From the NCBI GenBank assembly GCA_035279505.1, contig DATEHP010000075.1, positions 1,071-65,070 of the forward strand: DNA of 64,000 nucleotides, given 5' to 3'. Positions within the stretch are counted from its first letter, which is position 1; the number at the start of each line of letters is the position of its first letter. Positions 37,739 to 44,911 of this stretch are shown piece after piece. The DNA is from Candidatus Sulfotelmatobacter sp. GTDB taxonomy: Bacteria > Acidobacteriota > Terriglobia > Terriglobales > Acidobacteriaceae. Both the position numbers and the translations under genes were made by a program. Below the pieces are notes generated by a model. It was not told the origin of the DNA. It was given only the letters and a program-made list of their open reading frames with translations, and did no database searches.

Positions 37739-38221
37739 CTACACCGACAGCAGCCGGTCAAAGAACGCCCGATACCGCTGCAGTGCCACCCGCAAAGCCT
37801 CCGTCGACACACTGTCTCCGCGATCCCACTGCTGCTCCAGCCGCGACCGTTCTTCCGCGAATACTTCCGCCAGACGCTGCATCGCCGAAGCCACCAGCCC
37901 GTCCGCCTGTTCTACCGCCTTGCGAGGCTCATCCACGAACGCAGTCTGAATCTCTTTCCATCTCGCGCGCAGACTCTCCAATTCTTCGCTTGGAAACAGC
38001 GGAGTGCTTCCAACCGCTTTGCTGTCAGCCTCCCTGCTGGCGTTCGCGGTAAGTGTCGCAGCGTTGTCGGTTCGCGAGCCTTGCTCGATATTTCGCTCGG
38101 TCGTGATTTCCTGTGGTCCGCGCGTCTCCGATACCGGTCGTTTTCCCTGCGCCAGATCGGCAGTCGTGATTTCCTGTTCATCATCAAATTCCGGATGCTC
38201 TTTTCTCAACGGCGTTGCCAT
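37739..38221 (-). CDS. hypothetical protein, paralog of 38225..38788 (shared RW.E.Q..FVD.P..AV..AD.LV module)
   Basis: LESLRARWKEIQTAFVDEPRKAVEQADGLVASAMQ...TEALRVALQRYRAFFDRLL aligns with the C-terminal two thirds of the upstream gene product. Confidence 0.6.
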   Translation of the reverse strand: MATPLRKEHPEFDDEQEITTADLAQGKRPVSETRGPQEITTERNIEQGSRTDNAATLTANASREADSKAVGSTPLFPSEELESLRARWKEIQTAFVDEPRKAVEQADGLVASAMQRLAEVFAEERSRLEQQWDRGDSVSTEALRVALQRYRAFFDRLLSV

Positions 38222-38224
38222 CTT

Positions 38225-38788
38225 CTATGCTCCTCTTCTCTCGGTTTTGGGTTCGTCGAGTAGTTCCTGAAACAACACGCGATAGTGGACCATCGCCTGC
38301 CGCAAGTCTTCCGTGTTGGCCTTGCCTGAGCTGTGGCGCAACGCAATGTCGTGGGCGGCGCGATAGTTGTCAACAATCACCGGATAATCCACCGACAGGT
38401 CGGCGGCTCGTTGTTCGAACTCTCCAATCGGATATCCCCGCGCCTGCATGACGTCGGTGACCAGGCTGTCGGCCAATGTGACTGCTCCTTGTGGGTCATC
38501 CACAAAGCGCGCTTGCACCTCGCTCCAGCGCGCCGCGAAAGTGGACCGATTCGCCGGCGATAGCGGGAGAATATTGAATTTCTCTCGTCGCTTCTGACGG
38601 AACTCAAGCACTCCCTCCGCCTTGCGCGAATCTCCTTCTTGCCGCACTACGCGGTCATACTCCGGCCCAAAGCGTTCCTTCAGTTTCTGGCTGCGTCGCT
38701 TGCGAGACGTAACAAACGCAATTGCCGCAACCCCGATGACGGCTATCACCACAATTGCAATCAGAACTGCCATTCGATTTTGATCCAT
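38225..38788 (-). CDS. hypothetical membrane-anchored protein, paralog of 37739..38221
   Basis: N-terminal TM MAVLIAIVVIAVIGVAAIAFV, then RSTFAARWSEVQARFVDDPQGAVTLADSLVTDVMQ...TEDLRQAMVHYRVLFQELL. There is a 3-nt gap to the downstream paralog. Confidence 0.6.
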   Translation of the reverse strand: MDQNRMAVLIAIVVIAVIGVAAIAFVTSRKRRSQKLKERFGPEYDRVVRQEGDSRKAEGVLEFRQKRREKFNILPLSPANRSTFAARWSEVQARFVDDPQGAVTLADSLVTDVMQARGYPIGEFEQRAADLSVDYPVIVDNYRAAHDIALRHSSGKANTEDLRQAMVHYRVLFQELLDEPKTERRGA

Positions 38789-38987
38789 GAATATTCCCCT
38801 CCGCGGCGCTGCTATGGGATGCCGGGCGAATGATCGCTGTTGTCAGTAAGGAGTCGTAGCAGCTGTGGAAAGCGCGGTTCGGCGACAAAGAACGCCGAAA
38901 CAATCAGGTATTTCCCGCAGGTAGCGCAAGCGTCTCCCCCTGGCGCTTCATTTGTGCAAAACGACAAGTCTCTACGACACTCAGGCT

Positions 38988-39022
38988 GCCCTGTGCCCCT
39001 CCGTGCCCTCTGTGGTTAAATC
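38988..39022. repeat. REP-like family D copy
   Basis: GCCCTGTGCCCCTCCGTGCCCTCTGTGGTTAAATC, 17 nt upstream of the dapB ATG. Its reverse translation (FNHRGHGGAQG) generates the spurious ORF 38904..39299. Confidence 0.6.
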
Positions 39023-39038
39023 TTTGGAGGACCCCGCA

Positions 39039-39725
39039 ATGAATCTCCTCCTTCTCGGCCGAGGCAAAACCGGATCGCTCGTAGCCGAAGTCGCCGCCGA
39101 GCGCAAACATCATGCCCGAGTCCTCGGCGCGAAGGACAACATTGACAGCGTTGCACTCACTCCGGAAAATCTCGCTCCCTTCGACACAATCATCGACTTC
39201 ACCTCCCCGCACTGCGTCCTCCAGCACGTCGAAGCCTGTGTGAAGACCGGCAAGAATATGGTGGTCGGAACGACCGGCTGGTACAAAGAGATGGATCATG
39301 TGCGCACACTAGTCGAGCGCCATAGGACCGGATTCATCTACGCCCCGAACTTTTCCATTGGTGTGAGTCTTTTTTTCGATATCGTCCGAACCGCAGCCGC
39401 GGCTTTGAATCACGACTATTCCGGCCAGATCTTCGAGCGCCATCACGCCCATAAGACAGATGCTCCCTCCGGCACCGCGATTACGATTCAACACCTGATC
39501 CGCGAAGCCGCAGGGAAGCACGAAGATCTCGAGATCACATCGTTCCGCGAAGGTGAGGTCGTGGGCCTGCATGAAGTGGTTCTTGAATCGCCGGCAGACC
39601 GAATTTATCTCTGCCACGATGCGAAGTCCCGCCGCGGCTTCGCTGAAGGCGCCGTCCGCGCCGCCGAATGGCTGATGGGAAAGAAAGGGTTCTACGATTT
39701 CAAAGATGTGTGGCGCGAATTGTAG
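39039..39725 (+). CDS. dapB: 4-hydroxy-tetrahydrodipicolinate reductase
   Basis: The inner ATG gives MNLLLLGRGKTGS (dinucleotide fold). Later motifs are ERHHAHKTDAPSGTA (the E.HH..K.DAPSGTA DapB signature) and DRIYLCHDAKSRRGFAEGA. Confidence 0.85.
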   Translation: MNLLLLGRGKTGSLVAEVAAERKHHARVLGAKDNIDSVALTPENLAPFDTIIDFTSPHCVLQHVEACVKTGKNMVVGTTGWYKEMDHVRTLVERHRTGFIYAPNFSIGVSLFFDIVRTAAAALNHDYSGQIFERHHAHKTDAPSGTAITIQHLIREAAGKHEDLEITSFREGEVVGLHEVVLESPADRIYLCHDAKSRRGFAEGAVRAAEWLMGKKGFYDFKDVWREL

Positions 39726-39756
39726 TCAAAAGTTGCACCAACGGAGAAGATTCAAC

Positions 39757-40296
39757 ATGCGACGAACGATCTTTCCAATGATTGTGTTGATAGGAATGTC
39801 GACATGTTCTTTTGGCCAATCCACCGGAGCCGAAACTCAGACGCTCCAAGCTCTGCTGAACGAGGTGCGTGCCCTTCGGCAGGAATTGCGGGCCTCGCTA
39901 AATCGGACTCAAAGCATGCAGATCTTGCTGGCTCGCTTTCAAATACAAGAGGGAGTGAAAACGCGAGCGGCGGACCGTTTGAATGAGGCCCGCCAGAAGC
40001 TGCTTGATTCACAGATCCATCAGAAAGAACTTGAATTAGAGCAAAAGCGGCTCGAAGACTCACCGCCTGCTATCGAACCGCAGCAACAATTGGACATGCT
40101 GGACAGGATCAATCACACCAAATCCGCGTTAGAGGTCACGGGACACCTGGTCCAGCAGAGGCAGACGGCAGAAGTTCAGGCAGAGCGAGAGATGCGGGAA
40201 GAACAGGATAAATTGAACGCGCTTGAGAATCAAATGGACGAACTGATTGGAATCATGGGTAACTCGAACAGCAAGCCGGAGCACAACCGTCCGTGA
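39757..40296 (+). CDS. secreted coiled-coil hypothetical protein
   Basis: Signal MRRTIFPMIVLIGMSTCSFGQ followed by heptad-rich Q/E/L sequence. Confidence 0.5.
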   Translation: MRRTIFPMIVLIGMSTCSFGQSTGAETQTLQALLNEVRALRQELRASLNRTQSMQILLARFQIQEGVKTRAADRLNEARQKLLDSQIHQKELELEQKRLEDSPPAIEPQQQLDMLDRINHTKSALEVTGHLVQQRQTAEVQAEREMREEQDKLNALENQMDELIGIMGNSNSKPEHNRP

Positions 40297-40371
40297 GCAG
40301 CAGCAGAGTGGCAGTCTGTGACTCTGGTCACACGATTTTCCCTTCGTTCCCATTCGCGCTATCTTATCCCT

Positions 40372-41502
40372 ATGCAACTTCGTGGATGCGGCACCGCTCT
40401 GGTCACTCCGTTCCGTCAAAACGGCTCCATCGACGACGACGCCCTGCGCAACCTGATCGCGTGGCAAATTGAATCCGGCATTGATTTCCTCGTCCCCTGC
40501 GGCACGACTGGAGAGACGCCGACTCTCACCCACGACGAGTGGCTGCACGTCATCGACACGACCGTCGAAGTCGCCGCCGGACGCGTCCCCATTGTCGCCG
40601 GCGCAACCTCGAACGCGACCCACGACGCGGTAGAGAAAGCGAAGACACTCGCCGCTCGCCCGGGAGTCAACGCCATCCTCACCGCGAATCCTTACTACAA
40701 CAAGCCCACGCAGGAAGGCCAGTACCGCCATTTCAAAGCGATCGCCGAAGCCGTCGGGGATACACCGGTCATCCTCTACAACGTCCCCAGTCGCACGTCG
40801 GCGAATCTCGAACCCGTTACGCTCGCACGCCTCGCCGAAGTTCCGAACATCATCGCGGTCAAAGAAGCCAGCGGCAACATGACCCAGATCGCGGAAGCCA
40901 TCGCCTCGGTGCCGGAACACTTCCTCGTGTTTTCCGGTGACGATGCCGTTACGCTTCCCGTGATCGCGCTCGGAGGAGTGGGAATCATCTCCGTCGCGGC
41001 AAACGAAATCCCCCACGAAATGGCCGCTCTCACCCGCGCCGCTCTCGCCAATGACTGGGCCACTGCGCGTACCCTGAACCGCAAATACCTGCCACTGATG
41101 CAGGCAAATTTCATGGAGTCAAGCCCGCTGCCGGTGAAAGCAGTTCTGGCCATGATGGGAAGGATCGAAGAGGTCTACCGCCTGCCGCTCGTCCCGATGC
41201 GCCGCGACACGCGCTCCAAACTGCAGAGAGTTGTCGCCGAGGTAGGACTCATCACCAAACCCGCGGGCCCGGCCCAGGAAGCAGCGGCATTCTTCATATA
41301 TGAAAACTGGGCAGCCGGCCCGCACAAAATCGTCCTGCACCGCGCCACCTGCGGACAATGCAGCCACGGCAAAGGACGCCCCTCCGGCCACGATGCCAAC
41401 CATGCCAGGTGGCACGGCCCCTATGCAACTCTTCCCGAGGCCCGCGAAGTCGCCCACGCCATGACCGGCGTTCTGATCCGCAGCGAGTGCAAGTGCGTGT
41501 GA
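40372..41502 (+). CDS. dapA: 4-hydroxy-tetrahydrodipicolinate synthase with in-frame 82-aa Cys/His-rich C-terminal extension
   Basis: GCGTALVTPF, VPCGTTGE, YNKPTQEG, ILYNVPSRT and AVKEASGN are DapA motifs, including the catalytic Lys context. A normal DapA would end near ..VVAEVGLI (about 41253), but the frame stays open to 41502. Confidence 0.85.
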   Translation: MQLRGCGTALVTPFRQNGSIDDDALRNLIAWQIESGIDFLVPCGTTGETPTLTHDEWLHVIDTTVEVAAGRVPIVAGATSNATHDAVEKAKTLAARPGVNAILTANPYYNKPTQEGQYRHFKAIAEAVGDTPVILYNVPSRTSANLEPVTLARLAEVPNIIAVKEASGNMTQIAEAIASVPEHFLVFSGDDAVTLPVIALGGVGIISVAANEIPHEMAALTRAALANDWATARTLNRKYLPLMQANFMESSPLPVKAVLAMMGRIEEVYRLPLVPMRRDTRSKLQRVVAEVGLITKPAGPAQEAAAFFIYENWAAGPHKIVLHRATCGQCSHGKGRPSGHDANHARWHGPYATLPEAREVAHAMTGVLIRSECKCV

Positions 41503-41557
41503 AAAGGCAGGCGTCGGGCATCGGGCCTCACCGGCGAGCGCAAGTGCGCGCAGCGAA

Positions 41558-41709
41558 ATTGTTGATTTCTGATTGTTGATTGAAAACCCCAGGAGCCTCA
41601 AAACAATCTGTCATCCCGACCGGAGCGCAGCGAAGCAAGCGGAGTGGAGGGACCTTGCGTCCCTGTCTCTTTGACAAATCACCATCAACCATCAACAATC
41701 AAAAATTCC
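41558..41709. repeat. composite element: heptamer-periodic inverted arms (ATTGTTG / CCATCAA) enclosing a family A-like core
   Basis: Left arm: ATTGTTG ATTTCTG ATTGTTG ATTGAAA. Right arm: CAAATCA CCATCAA CCATCAA CAATCAA AAATTCC. The core TGTCATCCCGACCGGAGCGCAGCGAAGCAAGCGGAGTGGAGGGACC is at 41609-41660. The right arm ends at the dapD ATG. Confidence 0.7.
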
Positions 41710-42537
41710 ATGCCCTCCCTGAAAGCCTCCATCGAACGCCTCGCCGCGCAGAGCGACGCCGAGCGCGATCCCGAAGCACGAGAAGTATTCCTGGAATTCC
41801 GCGACCAGCTCACGCAAGGAACAATCCGCGCCGCGCAAAAGATGGACGGCCGCTGGACCGTCAACGCCTGGGTCAAGCAAGGCATCCTCCTGGGATTCCG
41901 TCTCGGAGCTCTCCAGGAAATGCCCGCCGGCCTTTCGTTCGTCGATAAAGACACCTTCCCTGCCCGCCAGTTCACCATGGCTGATCGCGTACGCGTCGTC
42001 CCCGGCGGATCATCGGCCCGTGTCGGAGCCTACATCGCTCCATCCGTCATCTGCATGCCGCCGATGTTCATCAACGTCGGCGCCTACGTCGACGAAGGCA
42101 CCATGGTCGATTCCCACGCTCTGGTCGGCTCCTGCGCCCAAATCGGCAAACGCGTCCACCTGAGCGCCGCTGCGCAAGTCGGAGGCGTGCTGGAACCTGT
42201 CAACGCCGCCCCGGTGATCATTGAAGACGATGTCCTGGTCGGAGGCAATTGCGGCATCTTCGAAGGCACGCTGGTGCGGGCCAGGGCAGTTCTGGGCGCT
42301 GGAACGATCCTGACGCGCTCGACTCCGCTCCATGACCTGGTGAAGGGCGCAGTCTACCGCGCAACTTCTGATTCCCCACTGGAGGTCCCGGAAAACGCCG
42401 TCGTTGTCCCCGGTTCGCGTGCCGTTAAGAAAGGCAAAGGCGCCGACTGGAATCTCTCCCTCTACACTCCAGTCATCGTCAAGTACCGCGACGAAAAAAC
42501 CGACCGCGGAATCGAACTGGAAGAGTGGCTCCGTTAG
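41710..42537 (+). CDS. dapD: 2,3,4,5-tetrahydropyridine-2,6-dicarboxylate N-succinyltransferase
   Basis: The inner ATG gives [11 protein letters not shown]. Hexapeptide-repeat region ([57 protein letters not shown]) in DapD context. The product is 275 aa. Confidence 0.85.
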   Translation: MPSLKASIERLAAQSDAERDPEAREVFLEFRDQLTQGTIRAAQKMDGRWTVNAWVKQGILLGFRLGALQEMPAGLSFVDKDTFPARQFTMADRVRVVPGGSSARVGAYIAPSVICMPPMFINVGAYVDEGTMVDSHALVGSCAQIGKRVHLSAAAQVGGVLEPVNAAPVIIEDDVLVGGNCGIFEGTLVRARAVLGAGTILTRSTPLHDLVKGAVYRATSDSPLEVPENAVVVPGSRAVKKGKGADWNLSLYTPVIVKYRDEKTDRGIELEEWLR

Positions 42538-42758
42538 GCCAACAAAGGACCTCGAAGACTTCGTCCGCCCATGCCTTGGCCTGTTGGTTGCGGATGAGAT
42601 GTTCTGCCTCGAGTCCCGCCTGGTGCCTGGATGTATGTACCAAACCGCACACATGTATGACGCTTACCGTACAGACGGTCTTTGCGTCCAAGCGTAGCAT
42701 TCAGACTCCGTCGGGTAACACGCTGTTTAGCGAAGTGAAACTAAGCCAGGGGACGTTC

Positions 42759-42971
42759 ATGGCTAACTCACACCTTCCCCAAGAACAGAAGCAGGCTGGA
42801 CGAGACATCATCCGATGTCCGTATTGCGTCGAGGCTGGAAATTTTAAGGCGATGATCACTCCCGAAAACGGAGAAGGTCACACTTGCAACGGCTGTGGAC
42901 ATGTGGTTCTCCCCTCAAGTCCCCAATTCGAATGTGTTTGCGATAAATGCGCGAGGTTCAAGATCTTTTGA
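42759..42971 (+). CDS. small zinc-ribbon-like hypothetical protein (70 aa)
   Basis: MANSHLPQEQKQAGRDIIRCPYCVEAGNFKAMITPENGEGHTCNGCGHVVLPSSPQFECVCDKCARFKIF has two CxxC pairs plus CxCxxC. This is the inner ATG of ORF 42525..42971. The region is AT-richer than its surroundings by eye. Confidence 0.35.
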   Translation: MANSHLPQEQKQAGRDIIRCPYCVEAGNFKAMITPENGEGHTCNGCGHVVLPSSPQFECVCDKCARFKIF

Positions 42972-43013
42972 TGAAATGCCCCGTCGATTGCCGTCGCGGT
43001 GAGGTGTTTTCAG

Positions 43014-43175
43014 ATGTTCGAAGTGCAGTCCGCCTCATATTCGCCGATCTGCCCGCGTTGCCTTGAACCTGTGAGACTCGAAGACGCGAGAACCGATGAA
43101 GCCGGTCGCGCTATGCACGAAGATTGCTATTACGCCAGCCTGAAAGGAACAACGCCAATCACAGGAATCGGATAA
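43014..43175 (+). CDS. very small Cys-containing hypothetical ORF (53 aa)
   Basis: Own translation: MFEVQSASYSPICPRCLEPVRLEDARTDEAGRAMHEDCYYASLKGTTPITGIG*, with CxxC plus HxxC. It is below the ORF-track size cut-off and has no other support. Confidence 0.25.
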   Translation: MFEVQSASYSPICPRCLEPVRLEDARTDEAGRAMHEDCYYASLKGTTPITGIG

Positions 43176-43188
43176 CAACCGGAACTTC

Positions 43189-43839
43189 TTACTGAACGTT
43201 AACTGCCAGTTTGCCCGCTCCGTTCGAGGTCACCCGAATCTGCCCCAGTTTTCCAATCACCGCGTCAGCCTGCCTTAGAGCGTCTGCCGCATACGTACTC
43301 ATAATCCCCAACACCTTCATCCCGCCCCTGCGCGCGGACTGAATCCCCGCCGGCGCGTCTTCAATGACCAGGCATTCGGCGGCGCAATATCCCATCTCCT
43401 CCGCCCCCTTCAAATACGGCTCCGGATGCGGCTTGCCGTTGGTGACATCGTCGGAGGTAACCAGAACGTGCGGCACCGGCAATCCGCAGTGACGCAAGCG
43501 ACTTTGCGCCAGCAGCCTCGACCCGGACGTGACCACGCCCCACCGTCCCTCAGGAATCGATTGGACGAGTTCCAAGGCACCGGGCATCACCGTGACCCCG
43601 CTCTGATCCTGCGCCTCATGATTTTCGATCGCCGCCGCTTCGGACTCCGCATCGAGATGCGGTGCGACCCGCCGGATTACCTCAATGGTTCGCACGCCAT
43701 GCGCGATGGCCATCACCGCATCGCCGTCGACGCCCTTGCGTGCGGCCCACTCTCGCCACTCTCGGTCGACTTGCCGCGTCGAATCGCAAAGAACCCCATC
43801 CAGATCAAAAAGGATTGCTGCACAGGAAAAGTTAGGCAT
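43189..43839 (-). CDS. HAD-superfamily hydrolase (beta-phosphoglucomutase/phosphatase-like subfamily IA)
   Basis: AILFDLDGVLCDS (motif I DxDG), VTSGSR (motif II) and KPHPEPY...IEDAPAGIQSARRGGM (motifs III/IV). Confidence 0.8.
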   Translation of the reverse strand: MPNFSCAAILFDLDGVLCDSTRQVDREWREWAARKGVDGDAVMAIAHGVRTIEVIRRVAPHLDAESEAAAIENHEAQDQSGVTVMPGALELVQSIPEGRWGVVTSGSRLLAQSRLRHCGLPVPHVLVTSDDVTNGKPHPEPYLKGAEEMGYCAAECLVIEDAPAGIQSARRGGMKVLGIMSTYAADALRQADAVIGKLGQIRVTSNGAGKLAVNVQ

Positions 43840-43899
43840 TCCTTATTGTTTGTATCACAGCCCCGGCACACTCATGCGCATGCAGCCGCTTCGCAAGGC

Positions 43900-43954
43900 C
43901 ATGTAGAGACAGCCGCCTCGGCTGTCCAAGCGAAGGCGAAGCCGAGCGCCCGGG
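43900..43954. repeat. REP-like family B copy (GTAG(A/G)GACAGCCGCCTCGGCTGTCC...GCGAAGGCGAA.CCGAGCGC)
   Basis: CATGTAGAGACAGCCGCCTCGGCTGTCCAAGCGAAGGCGAAGCCGAGCGCCCGGG is nearly identical to 46618-46670. Confidence 0.85.
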
Positions 43955-44023
43955 ACCACAAATGTTGGAAAGGAATTCAGTATGCACGCTGAAGGTACAA
44001 TCCGCTCGTGGCTTTGACGCCCT

Positions 44024-44722
44024 CTAAGACTTCCCTGCTGGAAGGCTGGCTTGCCCACCGCTGATCACCGGCCGCGGGTACTCCCGCTGCCGCACCATCA
44101 AATGCCGCTGCCGAAAATGGGTCAGCGCGCGCTGCCCCCACGCCCGCACAAACCAATAGTTCAACCCGGCTCCAATCGCCGAACTGGCCAGCGGGATCAC
44201 TCGCCCGGCCCACTTCTCCACCACTTCTGTGCTCGCTCGCGCCGCAATCCGCTGGATTACCCGTGGCACAAATTTATTGATGACTTCTTTTTCGAGCAGC
44301 TCCCGGCTCAAGTCCACGCCCGCGGCGCTGGCCGCCGCGACCCAGAGCTCGGCAATCTCGTCGTCCGTGTTGTACTCGAATCCATACAACAGGCTCAGCT
44401 TCTGAATCGTGCGCATCGTAATCGCCGAAAGAATCCCCAGGTCCGGCACAATTGTCAGCAACCCACCGAGTCCGAATCCCGCGCCCTCGACCGCCGCCAT
44501 CTTCATTCCGCTGCGAATAATAGAATCTGCCACGGTGTCGAGTTCGTGCATTTCGAGTGAGAATGTGCCGTGATATCCGCTAATCGGCAGGCGATACGCC
44601 ACCCGCAACTGCAGCAGGAATTTCCCCGGATCCACACGCACCCCCTGATAGGCCCGCGTAAACCCTCTTTGCAGACCAGACTCCACCGTCCGCCGCAACC
44701 ATGATTTCCCCTCGTCTGCCAT
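44024..44722 (-). CDS. EcsC-family protein
   Basis: Inner ATG (MADEGKSWLRR). GAGFGLGGLLTIVPDLGILSAITMRTIQKLSLLYGFEY and SSAIGAGLNYWFVRAWG resemble the EcsC (PF12787) pattern. The listed N-terminal extension is translated repeat DNA. Confidence 0.6.
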   Translation of the reverse strand: MADEGKSWLRRTVESGLQRGFTRAYQGVRVDPGKFLLQLRVAYRLPISGYHGTFSLEMHELDTVADSIIRSGMKMAAVEGAGFGLGGLLTIVPDLGILSAITMRTIQKLSLLYGFEYNTDDEIAELWVAAASAAGVDLSRELLEKEVINKFVPRVIQRIAARASTEVVEKWAGRVIPLASSAIGAGLNYWFVRAWGQRALTHFRQRHLMVRQREYPRPVISGGQASLPAGKS

Positions 44723-44784
44723 AGAATTCACCTTACCGCAGCGAGCCGCAGAATACCATCGGGTGCAGACACTAAAAGCAGCCA

Positions 44785-44896
44785 TGAGCGACGAGCAGTG
44801 AGCAATGCGCGCAGTGTGTCGTGAGCAAGATTTGATCCCGCTGGTCATCGTTTGTTGCTCATCACTCATTGCTCATTGCTTATCGCTCTGTGCTAG
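44785..44896. repeat. heptamer-periodic inverted repeat (TGAGCAA / TTGCTCA arms) in the divergent ecsC-like / rnj promoter region
   Basis: Left arm: TGAGCGA CGAGCAG TGAGCAA TGCGCGC AGTGTGT CGTGAGC. Right arm: TTGCTCA TCACTCA TTGCTCA TTGCTTA TCGCTCT GTGCTAG. The arms are reverse-complementary. Confidence 0.7.
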
Positions 44897-44911
44897 CATT
44901 CTCCTGACTCC

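Noticed and set aside
38904-39299. 131-aa minus-strand ORF overlapping the dapB 5' region
   Set aside because: It contains the REP family D translation (..FNHRGHGGAQGS..) and is antisense to the well-supported dapB gene.
42525-42758. N-terminal 78 codons of ORF 42525..42971
   Set aside because: It starts inside the dapD 3' end and has an Arg/Cys/Ser-rich composition. Only the part from the ATG at 42759 has the zinc-ribbon-like pattern.
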